This document shows, in pieces, positions 27,884 through 37,485 of a stretch of DNA of 64,000 nucleotides (the stretch's first letter is position 1; each line of letters opens with the position of its first letter). Made by a program: the position numbers and the translations under genes. Under the pieces are notes generated by a model. That model was given only the letters and a program-made list of their open reading frames with translations, was not told the origin of the DNA and did no database searches. Source of the stretch: Bdellovibrionota bacterium (GTDB lineage Bacteria; Bdellovibrionota_G; JALEGL01; JAGRMV01); the NCBI GenBank assembly GCA_041391365.1, contig JAWKOC010000004.1:82804-146803 (forward strand), read 5' to 3'.

Positions 27884-28660
27884 ATGAATCCGAACCAAAA
27901 AACAGCATTGATTACTGGGGCTTCCAGTGGAATTGGATGGGCAACCGCCCTAGAGCTTTCCAAAAGAGGATGGAATTTGATTTTGGGCGCCCGCCGCACG
28001 GATCGATTGGAGGTGCTTGCGGAGTTGATTCGGCACGAGTCTTCCAGTCAAGTTTTTTATGAACCCCTCGATGTTTGTTTGTCGACCTCTGTGTACCAAT
28101 TCATTTCAAAAATCAAAACCAAAGCCCCCCATGTTGATTATTTGGTCAACAATGCAGGTCTTGCTTATGGAACAGACTCGGTTGACGATGCCGACCCCAA
28201 AGATTGGGAGGCCATGATGGAGACCAATTTTATGGGTGTCATGAGGATGGTACAGGCGACAAGCGCGATGATGAATCCACATTCTGGAGCGCGCATTGTG
28301 AACATTGCCTCGATCGCTGGACGTGAGGCCTATGAAGGAGGTGGAGGTTATTGTGCCAGCAAGGCTGCGGTAAAATCGTTGAGCCGAACGCTCCGTCTGG
28401 AGCTGCTTGAAAAAGGCATTGGAGTTACCTCCATCGATCCGGGTCTGGTGGAAACCGAATTCAGCATCGTACGCTACGGTGGAGATGAAACCAAAGCTAG
28501 GGCTGTGTATGAGGGCCTTACTCCGCTGCGATCGGAAGATGTTGCTCGCAGCATTGATTTTGTTCTTTCTCAACCTCCCCATGTCAACATCGATGAGATC
28601 CTATTGACTCCCATCGCTCAAGGATTTACGAAAAGAACCATCCGTACAAAAAATGACTAA
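27884..28660 (+). CDS. Short-chain dehydrogenase/reductase (SDR) family oxidoreductase
   Basis: 258-aa ORF with the cofactor motif ITGASSGIG, NNAG, and the catalytic YCASKAA (YxxxK). Confidence 0.85.
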   Translation: MNPNQKTALITGASSGIGWATALELSKRGWNLILGARRTDRLEVLAELIRHESSSQVFYEPLDVCLSTSVYQFISKIKTKAPHVDYLVNNAGLAYGTDSVDDADPKDWEAMMETNFMGVMRMVQATSAMMNPHSGARIVNIASIAGREAYEGGGGYCASKAAVKSLSRTLRLELLEKGIGVTSIDPGLVETEFSIVRYGGDETKARAVYEGLTPLRSEDVARSIDFVLSQPPHVNIDEILLTPIAQGFTKRTIRTKND

Positions 28661-28686
28661 GAAGAATTTCGGGACTGCTATGTTGC

Positions 28687-29529
28687 CTACGCGAGTGGGT
28701 TGCGGGCATGGTGATGCAGCTCTTGATACAACATAAATAGTTGTGGAATGTCTAATTCTTCTGCGCGAACGCTGGGTTGGGATGAAATTTTTCGCAGAGC
28801 CTGCTCGCATGCGGTGGCGTCATGTCCCATTTTTTTCAATTGATGGGATAAGGTTTTTCTGCGCTGTTGAAAAATTTTTGCGATCCAAGAAAAAAAATCC
28901 TTTTGCATGTGAGGTTCGATCTGAGGTGTTTCCATGGGAATCATTTTGATCAGGCGAGATTCCACCTCCGGCTGAGGATAAAAACTGCCTTTTGAGATTC
29001 GGGGTCCAATCGAAGTTTCGCAAAGACTTTGAATCCAAATGGAGAGCCGACCAAAGTTTTTGGTTTTGGGTTTTGCGCAAATCCTTTCCACGAGTTCTTC
29101 TTGAAGCAAGAATACCATCCCTGAGATGAGGTCTAGGTTGCTAAGAAGTCGTTCCAAAATGAGGGTTGAAACACGATAGGGAAGATTGGAAAATACAAAT
29201 GTTTTTTTTCCGTGGAGCAGCGCTGAATAGTTCACGTGGATGGCATCATCCATCACCAAGGTAAAGCCAGGAACCGATTGAAATTGAGATTGAAGATATT
29301 CTTTGAGTTTTTTGTCCTTCTCAATGCAGATCAGCGCATCGCAATGATGCTGCAAGACTTCCGTCAAAGCCCCCAATCCAGGACCAATCTCCAAGATTGA
29401 TGGCTGATGTTGAACATTCGCCCATCGAAGAATTTTTTTTGCACTTTCAGGATGGTGCAAAAAGTTTTGTCCAAAACTTTTTTTGGGATGCATCCCCAAT
29501 TGATCCAAAATGGTTTTGATGTTGCTCAT
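28687..29529 (-). CDS. rsmA: 16S rRNA (adenine1518/1519-N6)-dimethyltransferase
   Basis: The ORF 28687..29802 contains MSNIKTILDQLGMHPKKSFGQNFL and the SAM motif ILEIGPGLGALT. The start at 29529 overlaps the tsaD stop by ATGA. Confidence 0.9.
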   Translation of the reverse strand: MSNIKTILDQLGMHPKKSFGQNFLHHPESAKKILRWANVQHQPSILEIGPGLGALTEVLQHHCDALICIEKDKKLKEYLQSQFQSVPGFTLVMDDAIHVNYSALLHGKKTFVFSNLPYRVSTLILERLLSNLDLISGMVFLLQEELVERICAKPKTKNFGRLSIWIQSLCETSIGPRISKGSFYPQPEVESRLIKMIPMETPQIEPHMQKDFFSWIAKIFQQRRKTLSHQLKKMGHDATACEQALRKISSQPSVRAEELDIPQLFMLYQELHHHARNPLA

Positions 29530-30536
29530 AGAGACGATGTCAGGGGGACGGACGCAGAAGCATTCAGCTCCAAGGAGTCTGCTTGTCCGCTCGCCAGTTT
29601 GTGATACCCAGCGCAGGCAATCATCGCGGCGTTGTCCGTGCAGAGTTTTAGGTCTGTGAGATAGGTTTGAACATCGAATCGATGCATGGCTTTGGAAAGT
29701 TTTTCTCTCAACCGCGAGTTCGCCGCGACTCCTCCGCACAGAACTACGCTTTTGACTTCGCTGTGTGCTTCCAGAGCTTTGATCAATTTGTTGACCAAAC
29801 AATCCACAATGGCTTCCTGATAAGAAGCCGCAACGTCATTCAACGTGGCCTCATCCGAGGGTAAGCCATGTTTTTGGATCCAGGTCAAAAGAGAGGTTTT
29901 GAGCCCACTAAAGCTAAAGTGTGGAGAAGTGGGCATGGGTCTGGGAAATTTTACAAAATCAGGGTTGGCATGCTTCGATCGTCGATCGATCACAGGTCCT
30001 CCAGGAAATCCAAGGCCTAAAAGTTTGGCCCCTTTGTCAAAGGCTTCTCCGGCAGCATCATCGATGCTCCAGGAGACGGCTTCAATCTCATCGAAAGATT
30101 TCATCAAGTATACATGCGTGTGTCCACCAGAAGCTACAAAACCCAAAAGTGGAAACTCAGGTGGGTCCTGTCGCAAAAAACTTGCCATCAAATGTCCTTG
30201 AATATGGTGCACACCAATCAAAGGTATGTTCCACAAAAAGGCCAAAGCTTTTGCGTAGGACAGTCCAACCAAAAGTGATCCAATCAAACCCGGCCCATAG
30301 GTCACGGCAATGGCATCGATTTGATCTTTGGTGATGGAGGCCGACTCCATGCATTTTTCCAACAAAGGCAAAAAATTTTGCAAATGACTTCGAGAAGCAA
30401 GTTCAGGAACAATGCCCCCGAACTCTTTGTGAACTTCAAATTGAGATTGGGTATGAATACTCAAAAGAGTGTGTCCATCTTGGACCAAGGCCACCGAAGT
30501 GTCGTCACACGAGCTTTCAATTCCCAACACAATCAT
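29526..30536 (-). CDS. tsaD: tRNA N6-adenosine threonylcarbamoyltransferase
   Basis: MIVLGIESSCDDTSVAL...GVHHIQGHL...GFPGGP. The track ORF extends 11 codons further upstream, to 30569. Confidence 0.9.
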   Translation of the reverse strand: MIVLGIESSCDDTSVALVQDGHTLLSIHTQSQFEVHKEFGGIVPELASRSHLQNFLPLLEKCMESASITKDQIDAIAVTYGPGLIGSLLVGLSYAKALAFLWNIPLIGVHHIQGHLMASFLRQDPPEFPLLGFVASGGHTHVYLMKSFDEIEAVSWSIDDAAGEAFDKGAKLLGLGFPGGPVIDRRSKHANPDFVKFPRPMPTSPHFSFSGLKTSLLTWIQKHGLPSDEATLNDVAASYQEAIVDCLVNKLIKALEAHSEVKSVVLCGGVAANSRLREKLSKAMHRFDVQTYLTDLKLCTDNAAMIACAGYHKLASGQADSLELNASASVPLTSSL

Positions 30537-30576
30537 ACGTTGCAAAGGATGTACATGGCTCCAGAGCAATGATCAA

Positions 30577-31479
30577 CTATGATTCTTGCTTGATTTTGTA
30601 GAGGAAGGCTTTTGCTTTTTCGGAGGAGGGAGAGTCCGGACATCGATCAATCACTTCCTCCAAAAACAATGTCGCATTTTTGCTGTCTTTGAGTTTGGAA
30701 AACGCTAGGCCTTGTTTGAGGATGGCATCACAGGTTTTGTTGCTTTTTGGATATTCATCAACCACCACCTGCCAAGCCGTGATCGCCCGGGCATAGTCAC
30801 CCTGCACATAGTGTCCCTCGCCGATCCAATATTGTGCATTGGGGGCCAGGGAACTCTGAGGGTTTTTTTTTACGAAGATCTTGAAACGTTGGATGCTGGA
30901 GCTTTTGTTTTTTTCTCGGTTGAATTGATCCAAAATGCTTTGGTATTCGGAAACTTCGTCATTCTCGCTGCTTGGTTTGATTTCTTGTGGCTTACCGGTG
31001 GCAGCAGGTTCGGTGACGGGAGGCATCGAGATTTCAGAGTGAAGTGAAGGTGTTTTGGGCGCCACGTCTACGGGAGGCAAAATACTTTCGGAATGCGAGG
31101 CAGGAACGACATCATCCGAAGAATCAGCCTCTTGCGAAAAGGACTTCGAACTTGTTTGAGCTTTTTTCTCCAGATCTCCTAAGCGGAAATCGAAGTCTTC
31201 TAGAACTTTTTGCTGTTGTTTTTCTTTTTGATCCATTTCGAAAGAGAGAGACTCGATTTTCCCCTTCATTTCACGGATCGAGGATTCTAGCTCCATGATC
31301 AGAGCATTTTGGTCGGCGATTTTTTCCCGAACCATGGACGAAGACATTTGAGCTTCGTCCGATTGATTTTCAAGAGAAGGTGGAGGAGGACCGATGCGAC
31401 ACCCGGTCAACGTCAGTCCCCCTGCACAAATCAGGGTCATCCAAGTTTTTGAACTCATGGTCAAGCTCTTGGAAGACAA
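30577..31479 (-). CDS. cpoB: Tol-Pal system protein CpoB/YbgF (coiled coil plus TPR), here with a lipobox
   Basis: 300-aa ORF with LTLTGC, a coiled-coil segment, and the C-terminal TPR block APNAQYWIGEGHYVQGDYARAITAWQVVVDEYPKSNK. It lies immediately downstream of pal. Confidence 0.8.
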   Translation of the reverse strand: MSSKSLTMSSKTWMTLICAGGLTLTGCRIGPPPPSLENQSDEAQMSSSMVREKIADQNALIMELESSIREMKGKIESLSFEMDQKEKQQQKVLEDFDFRLGDLEKKAQTSSKSFSQEADSSDDVVPASHSESILPPVDVAPKTPSLHSEISMPPVTEPAATGKPQEIKPSSENDEVSEYQSILDQFNREKNKSSSIQRFKIFVKKNPQSSLAPNAQYWIGEGHYVQGDYARAITAWQVVVDEYPKSNKTCDAILKQGLAFSKLKDSKNATLFLEEVIDRCPDSPSSEKAKAFLYKIKQES

Positions 31480-31487
31480 TCATTCCA

Positions 31488-32009
31488 TTAACGTACAACG
31501 ACCAATTCAGCGCGACGATTGCGTGCCCAAGCGGACTCGTCATCGCCAGTGGCGACAGGTCGTTCTTCACCAAAGCTCACACCTTCCAGGCGTTGCTGAG
31601 ATACACCAAGGTCTTCGAGGTATTCCAACACGCTTTGTGCGCGTCGATCGCCCAATGCAAGGTTGTACTCGGTGCTTCCACGTTCATCACAATGACCTTG
31701 GATGCTCACACGCACCGTAGAGTTCTTTTTGAGAACTTCAGCAACAGTTTTGAGTTGTTTGCGCTGAGTAGTGTTCAAGGCATATTGATCAAAATCGAAA
31801 TAAACCGTGGGAAGGCTGGCCAAAATGGCTTTGGCTTCCTCATCGGTAATGTTGGTAGCGTCAAAACCATCTTCGTCCGCACCGCTGGTGCTTGTCGAAG
31901 CTTTGTCGCCGGCTTCGGACACGCTGGTTGCATTCTTTTTCGCGCAACCGGTCACGGTCAGTCCCATGACGACAGCCAGAGTCAGTAGTTGAAACACTTT
32001 TTTGGTCAT
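31488..32009 (-). CDS. pal: Peptidoglycan-associated lipoprotein
   Basis: 173-aa ORF with the lipobox LTVTGCAKK and an OmpA-like domain VYFDFDQYAL...IQGHCDERGSTEYNLALGDRRA...NRRAELV. Confidence 0.9.
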   Translation of the reverse strand: MTKKVFQLLTLAVVMGLTVTGCAKKNATSVSEAGDKASTSTSGADEDGFDATNITDEEAKAILASLPTVYFDFDQYALNTTQRKQLKTVAEVLKKNSTVRVSIQGHCDERGSTEYNLALGDRRAQSVLEYLEDLGVSQQRLEGVSFGEERPVATGDDESAWARNRRAELVVVR

Positions 32010-32147
32010 TTTTTTATCTCCCTTGGGTGAAAAACTGTTGAAATAACGTAATAAAATACAATGACACCAACCTTAGAGGAAGCCTTTATAAAGTCAACAC
32101 TTTTCACTTGCGCAAAGGCTATATTCTTGTCTATAAGGGGCATCGAA

Positions 32148-32172
32148 GTGGGCCCGAACGTCCACTTTTTTT
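32148..32172 (+). terminator. Terminator-like hairpin 1 in the nusA leader
   Basis: GTGGGC-CCGAAC-GTCCAC forms a 6-bp stem with one G:U, followed by T7 (32166-32172). No + strand gene lies upstream, so it is a candidate attenuator or sRNA terminator. Confidence 0.4.
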
Positions 32173-32221
32173 GTTTCTTGTCTGCGAAGTGTTTTTGGGT
32201 GTTTATGAAGACGCTGACGTA

Positions 32222-32251
32222 GATCGGACGAGGGGTCCGAATCGTTTTTTT
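32222..32251 (+). terminator. Terminator-like hairpin 2 in the nusA leader
   Basis: GATCGGAC-GAGGG-GTCCGAATC forms 8 bp with one bulged A, followed by G then T7 (32245-32251). It lies 87 nt upstream of the nusA ATG. Confidence 0.4.
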
Positions 32252-32337
32252 AGATTTTTAGATAAAGAAATGCAGGCAAGGCTCTTGAGGATGGCTTTGA
32301 GAGCAATGTTTATCGTAATGTAGGAGAATGCAACACC

Positions 32338-33696
32338 ATGATTGGAATGTTTAAAGGTTTGAACCGAGAGGTAGAACAAATCGCAAAAGACAAAGGCATC
32401 ACCAAAGATGTGATCATTGATGCTGTTCAGTCTGCATTTTTAAGTGCTGCTCGAAAACGATTTGGCGAAGAAAAAGAAATTGAAGCACATTTCAATGAGG
32501 AAGAAGAAGAAATTGAGCTTTTCGAATTTTTGAACGTTGTGGAAACGGTTACCAATCCCAACGTAGAAATTCGATTTGAAGAAGCCAAAAAACACGATCC
32601 TGAATGCGAAATCGGAGATGTCATCGGATTGAAAATGAATTCCGAAGAGCTGGGACGAATTGCGGCTCAGACCGCCAAACAGGTAATCATTCAAAAAATT
32701 CGTGATGCAGAAGCTGAGATCATTTTTGGTGAATACAATGACCGAAAAGGTACCTTGCTCGCAGGCATTGTTCGAAGAATTGAGAGACGAGCCATCATGG
32801 TGGACTTGGGTCGGACCGAAGCGGTTCTTCCCTATTCTGAACAAATCCCTCGCGAACATTTTCGTCCGGGAGATCGTGTTCAAACCTATGTTGTAGACAT
32901 TGAAAAAAACCATCGTGGTGCTCAGATCATTGTATCTCGTGCACATGAAGGACTCTTGATCAAATTGTTTGAAAACGAAGTGCCGGAGATTTACGAGGGA
33001 ATTGTCACCATCGAGGCTGCTGCACGTGAGCCCGGAGGTCGTGCTAAAATTGCGGTTTCCACAAAGGACCCAGATGTGGATCCTGTCGGAGCATGCGTAG
33101 GTATGAAAGGTTCTCGTGTTCAGGCTGTGGTTCAGGAATTGCGAGGAGAGAAGATCGATATCGTTCCATGGCACCCTGATCCTGCACGCTATGTGTGCAA
33201 TGCCATCGCTCCTGCAGAAGTTTCACGCGTGATTTTGGATGAAGAAAACAAAAGCATGGAATTGATTGTAGCGGATGATCAACTTTCTTTGGCCATTGGA
33301 AAAAAAGGCCAAAATGTTCGATTGGCAGCTCGTCTGACCGGATGGAAAATTGATATCCACAGTGAATCCAAAATGAAAAAGGCTGCGGAAGAAGGTAAGT
33401 TGAATCTTACGCAGATCGAAGGGATCGGCGAAAACTTGGCTGACCTTTTGTACAACCAGGGAATCACAAGTCCTGATGAGCTCGTAGATCACCCCACGGA
33501 TGAAATCGCACAGATCACTGGATTGGCTGAGGAAAAAATCGAACAACTGAAATTGGCTGCCAAAGATTGGCAGGTTTATGCCAAAGAGCAAAACATTCAA
33601 TTGGATCCTGTGACCGTACAGCCTGAGGCGAGTTCGGATCAGTCTGTGGTTGCGGAAAAAACTGCTCCCGTAAACACAGAGTCTGAAGATCAGTAA
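32338..33696 (+). CDS. nusA: Transcription termination/antitermination factor NusA
   Basis: 452-aa ORF with S1 and KH regions (GIVRRIERRAIMVDLG, ACVGMKGSRVQAV, LAIGKKGQNVRLAARLTGWKIDI). An AGGAG SD sequence lies upstream. Confidence 0.95.
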   Translation: MIGMFKGLNREVEQIAKDKGITKDVIIDAVQSAFLSAARKRFGEEKEIEAHFNEEEEEIELFEFLNVVETVTNPNVEIRFEEAKKHDPECEIGDVIGLKMNSEELGRIAAQTAKQVIIQKIRDAEAEIIFGEYNDRKGTLLAGIVRRIERRAIMVDLGRTEAVLPYSEQIPREHFRPGDRVQTYVVDIEKNHRGAQIIVSRAHEGLLIKLFENEVPEIYEGIVTIEAAAREPGGRAKIAVSTKDPDVDPVGACVGMKGSRVQAVVQELRGEKIDIVPWHPDPARYVCNAIAPAEVSRVILDEENKSMELIVADDQLSLAIGKKGQNVRLAARLTGWKIDIHSESKMKKAAEEGKLNLTQIEGIGENLADLLYNQGITSPDELVDHPTDEIAQITGLAEEKIEQLKLAAKDWQVYAKEQNIQLDPVTVQPEASSDQSVVAEKTAPVNTESEDQ

Positions 33697-33731
33697 ATCA
33701 AGTTGGCAATTGGGAGGAGAAAGCATACATC

Positions 33732-36095
33732 GTGGCTGGAGACGACAAAATTATGGATCAAACAACTGAAAAGGTGTTGACCGAAAAACGAGTGACCAAG
33801 AAAGTCATTCGTCGAAGAAGAACTGAAGTCGAGGTCAAAGATGTCGCTTCTGAAACTGAACTTCATGCATCGACGGATGTGGAGTCCTCGGTTGATATGG
33901 ATCAAACGCAAACAGTGGATGCGGCTGTGGAGGCTGCTCCCAAGGTTGTGGCCACTCCAATCAAAAGAGTGATCAAAAAAGTTCAACCTTCTTCTGTGTT
34001 GAAAAAGGTTGTGAAAGTGGTTGAAAAACCTGCAAAGGAACCTGTCAAGGAAACCGTTGCTGTGGCCACCCCCAAGGTTGAAGCTCCCGGTGACAACTAC
34101 AGTCGGTTGAAAGTCGTTTCTCAACCGCAGCGAGATTTGCAACCAAAAATCACTTCGTTTCCTACTGAAGAAGAAAAAAGAGAGTTGGCCAATGAACAGC
34201 GACGCAAAGCGAGTTTGAGTCGAAAAGAAATCATTGATGTTCGAGATGTTCATCGACCTCGATCCGCCAAGAAGAAAAAACTCAGTCCCGGTATCAAAGG
34301 GAAGAAAACCGAGATTACGGTTCCCAAGGCAGCCAAGCGAGTTTTGAAAATTCGAGAACAAATCAGTGTTCAAGAACTCGCCAAAAAGATGAGCGTCAAA
34401 GCGGGAGAAGTGATTCGAAAACTGATGGGATTGGGTGTGATAGCGACCATCAACCAAACCATTGATGCCGACACTGCAACCTTGGTAGCTTCTGAATTTG
34501 AGTTCGAGGTAGAAAACGTAGCATTTGCTCCGGAAGATCTTCTTGTGGAAGAAAATCTGCAGACCAATCTAGAGCATTCCGAAACAAGACCTCCTGTGGT
34601 CACGGTCATGGGGCATGTCGATCATGGAAAAACAAGTTTGCTGGATTCCATCCGCAAGGCCGATGTGGCCTCGGGAGAAGCTGGCGGGATCACTCAGCAT
34701 ATTGGGGCCTACACGGTCAAAACCGGAGATGGAAAATACATCACGTTTATCGATACGCCTGGTCACGAATCTTTTACAGCCATGCGAGCGCGTGGAGCTC
34801 AGGTCACGGACATTGTTGTTCTTGTTGTGGCAGGAGATGACGGGGTGATGCCACAGACCAAAGAGGCCATCAACCATGCGAAGTCGGCCAACGTTCCCAT
34901 CATTGTGGCGGTAAACAAAATGGACAAGCCTGGTGTGGACATCGACCGGATCAAAAAAGAACTTACAGAATTCGAAATGGTTCCCGAGGAGTGGGGTGGA
35001 GACACCATCTACGTGCCTGTTTCTGCAAAAACTGGAAAAGGTGTAGAGCAACTTTTGGAATTCATTCATTTGCAATCTGACATTTTGGAACTCAAAGCCG
35101 ATCCCAAAACTCTGGCCAAGTGTGTGGTCATCGAGTCGCGATTGGACAAAGGTCGAGGTTCCGTGATGTCTGTGTTGGTACAGCAGGGTACTCTGCGTTT
35201 GGGTGACAATATTGTTAGCGGCGGCGAATACGGGCGTGTACGAGATATGCGCGATGACCGTGGCGCCAAAGTCAAAGATGCAGGGCCTTCCAAAGCGGTT
35301 GAAATCACCGGACTCTCTGGCATTGCAACCGCAGGAGATTTGGTCAACGTCGTCAAAGATGAACGCGTGGCCAAGCAGATTTCTCAGATGCGTGTCAACA
35401 TTGCGCGGGAAAAAGAACTGGCCCAGTCCAGTCGGGTTTCATTGGATGATCTATACAACAAAATCGCCGAAGGAGATGTCAAAGAGCTGCGTGTGGTGGT
35501 CAAGGCCGACACCGCGGGTTCGGTTGAGGTTCTCAAAGATACTTTGGAAAAACTTTCCACGGCAAAAGTAACGGTGAAAGTGATTCACGGAGCTGTGGGA
35601 GGTATCACAGAAAATGATGTGACTCTTGCATTGGCTTCAGGAGCCATCATTGTAGGATTTAACGTTCGTCCTCAAACCAACGCCAAAAAATTGGCAGAGC
35701 AAAAAGAAGTCGAAATTCGATTGTACAAAATCATCTACGAACTTTCCGAAGATATTCAAACCGCCATGGCGGGTCTGTTGGCTCCCAAAGAAGTTGAAAA
35801 TGTGTTGGGACACGCGGAGGTTCGAGAAACCTACAGCATCCCAAGAGTGGGTACTGTGGCGGGTTGTCAAGTCGTCGAAGGAAAGATTTTGCGATCCAAT
35901 CAGGTTCGTCTGATTCGAGATGATGTGGTTGTGTACACAGGAAAGCTGGCTTCTCTCAAACGATTCAAAGACGATGCGCGAGAAATCACACAAGGAAAAG
36001 AGTGTGGACTCTCCATTGAGAATTTCAACGACATCAAAGTTGGAGATGTGGTCGAATCATTTGAAATTTCTCAAGTGGCCGCAAGTTTGGAATAG
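33732..36095 (+). CDS. infB: Translation initiation factor IF-2
   Basis: 787-aa ORF (GTG start) with G-domain motifs [18 protein letters not shown] and NKMD, plus a basic low-complexity N-terminal region. Confidence 0.95.
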   Translation: MAGDDKIMDQTTEKVLTEKRVTKKVIRRRRTEVEVKDVASETELHASTDVESSVDMDQTQTVDAAVEAAPKVVATPIKRVIKKVQPSSVLKKVVKVVEKPAKEPVKETVAVATPKVEAPGDNYSRLKVVSQPQRDLQPKITSFPTEEEKRELANEQRRKASLSRKEIIDVRDVHRPRSAKKKKLSPGIKGKKTEITVPKAAKRVLKIREQISVQELAKKMSVKAGEVIRKLMGLGVIATINQTIDADTATLVASEFEFEVENVAFAPEDLLVEENLQTNLEHSETRPPVVTVMGHVDHGKTSLLDSIRKADVASGEAGGITQHIGAYTVKTGDGKYITFIDTPGHESFTAMRARGAQVTDIVVLVVAGDDGVMPQTKEAINHAKSANVPIIVAVNKMDKPGVDIDRIKKELTEFEMVPEEWGGDTIYVPVSAKTGKGVEQLLEFIHLQSDILELKADPKTLAKCVVIESRLDKGRGSVMSVLVQQGTLRLGDNIVSGGEYGRVRDMRDDRGAKVKDAGPSKAVEITGLSGIATAGDLVNVVKDERVAKQISQMRVNIAREKELAQSSRVSLDDLYNKIAEGDVKELRVVVKADTAGSVEVLKDTLEKLSTAKVTVKVIHGAVGGITENDVTLALASGAIIVGFNVRPQTNAKKLAEQKEVEIRLYKIIYELSEDIQTAMAGLLAPKEVENVLGHAEVRETYSIPRVGTVAGCQVVEGKILRSNQVRLIRDDVVVYTGKLASLKRFKDDAREITQGKECGLSIENFNDIKVGDVVESFEISQVAASLE

Positions 36096-36136
36096 AGAAC
36101 GTTCTTGGGTGATCTTGAAGAACGAGGGGCCAGGTT

Positions 36137-36496
36137 GTGCAGCAAAAATTTCCATACAAAAGAGCAGATCGAGTTTCTGATTTGGTTCGTTCGATCATTT
36201 CGGAAGCACTCTCATATAAGGTTCACCACCGCAATCTCGATGGAGTGACCATCACCGAAGTAAAACTCTCGCCAGATATGAAACATGCGGATGCGTATTT
36301 CCGAGTGTTTGATCAAAGCAAACTCGGATCAATCAAAGAGGCTTTGGATCATGTTGCTCCTCGCATTCAAAAGGAAGTCGCCCGGGGTGTGAAAATGAAA
36401 TACATTCCCAAAATTTCGTTTGTGTATGATGAGTCGCTCGAATACGGATACAAAATCGATCAACTTCTTCACGACCTTTCCTCCGAAGAGGAGTAA
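36137..36496 (+). CDS. rbfA: Ribosome-binding factor A
   Basis: 119-aa ORF RADRVSDLVRSIISEAL...VTITEVKLSPDMKHADAYF. Its position after infB is conserved. Confidence 0.9.
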   Translation: MQQKFPYKRADRVSDLVRSIISEALSYKVHHRNLDGVTITEVKLSPDMKHADAYFRVFDQSKLGSIKEALDHVAPRIQKEVARGVKMKYIPKISFVYDESLEYGYKIDQLLHDLSSEEE

Positions 36497-36499
36497 ATC

Positions 36500-37234
36500 A
36501 TGGATGGTCTGATTCTGGTGGACAAGCCGGAGGGGCTGACCTCGTTTGCAGTGGTTCGAAAAATTCGAAAAATTGCCAACGTAAAGCGCGTGGGGCATGC
36601 CGGAACCCTCGACCCAGATGCCACCGGTCTATTGCTGGTGTGCGTGGGAAAAGCCACCAAACTCAGTGATGTGTTGATGGAAGGTCAAAAAACCTATCAA
36701 ACTCAAATGCACTTTGGGAAAATTTCCGACACTTATGATAGCTCGGGAGTCATCACCGAGTGCTCTTCGGATCCGGTGGAAGAAATCTCCTTGAATAAGG
36801 TGATGAATTCTTTTGTTGGAAAAATTTTGCAAAAACCTCCCGTGTATTCGGCAAAGAAAATCAACGGGAAAAAACTCTACGAATACGCTCGCAAAGGGCA
36901 AGAGGTAGAGATTCCTGAAAAGGAAGTGATCATCGATTCGATCACCGTTGAGGAATTTGAACCCAGGCAAGCTCAGCTTCGCGTCGTTTGTTCCAAGGGT
37001 ACCTACATTCGGTCGCTTGTGCATGACATGGGCCAAGCCCTGGGATGTGGGGCGCTGGCTAGTGGCATTCGACGAACGCAGAGTGGGACTTTTTCCGTCA
37101 AACATGCTCTTGCTCTGGATGAGAGTATTACCATCGAACAACTTTTGTCGGCATTGATTCCTCTCTCAAAGCTTCGTGAGCAGCTCTTTTCCGACCGCCC
37201 GATTCCTCCTCACATTCTTCGTCGAGTGTTTTAA
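36500..37234 (+). CDS. truB: tRNA pseudouridine(55) synthase
   Basis: 244-aa ORF MDGLILVDKPEGLTSF...VGHAGTLDPDATGLLLV (catalytic Asp motif). Confidence 0.9.
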   Translation: MDGLILVDKPEGLTSFAVVRKIRKIANVKRVGHAGTLDPDATGLLLVCVGKATKLSDVLMEGQKTYQTQMHFGKISDTYDSSGVITECSSDPVEEISLNKVMNSFVGKILQKPPVYSAKKINGKKLYEYARKGQEVEIPEKEVIIDSITVEEFEPRQAQLRVVCSKGTYIRSLVHDMGQALGCGALASGIRRTQSGTFSVKHALALDESITIEQLLSALIPLSKLREQLFSDRPIPPHILRRVF

Positions 37235-37259
37235 CCCAAACAAGCATTGTTTTGCATCG

Positions 37260-37397
37260 TATTCCTTCAATCGCGAAGACCGGAAAATCCTCCTCGACCA
37301 AATCTATTGCAAAGGCATCGGACTCACCCTACATAGTGCTCAAGTCCTCCCTCTTCAAGGCTCCGATCATTACCCAATCTATGGGGGTTTTGAGTGA
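37260..37397 (+). pseudogene. Remnant (C-terminal ~40 codons) of an endonuclease/exonuclease/phosphatase (EEP)-family gene
   Basis: The tail of track ORF 37176..37397 reads NREDRKILLDQIYCKGIGLTLHSAQVLPLQGSDHYPIYGGFE*. This matches the usual EEP C-terminus (IDxI..., then SDH.P). No upstream catalytic part is present. Confidence 0.45.
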
Positions 37398-37485
37398 CCC
37401 CAAATGGGGTGGGAATGTCGCATTTTTCTTTTTTTTGAAATTTTAACTCCCCAATTTCATGATTGTTTTTTGCGATTGATGTGGA

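Noticed and set aside
32108-32323. 71-aa + ORF upstream of nusA as a possible rimP
   Set aside because: The translation (MRKGYILVYKGHRSGPERPLFLFLVCEV...) has no RimP features and spans two terminator-like hairpins. It is treated as leader RNA.
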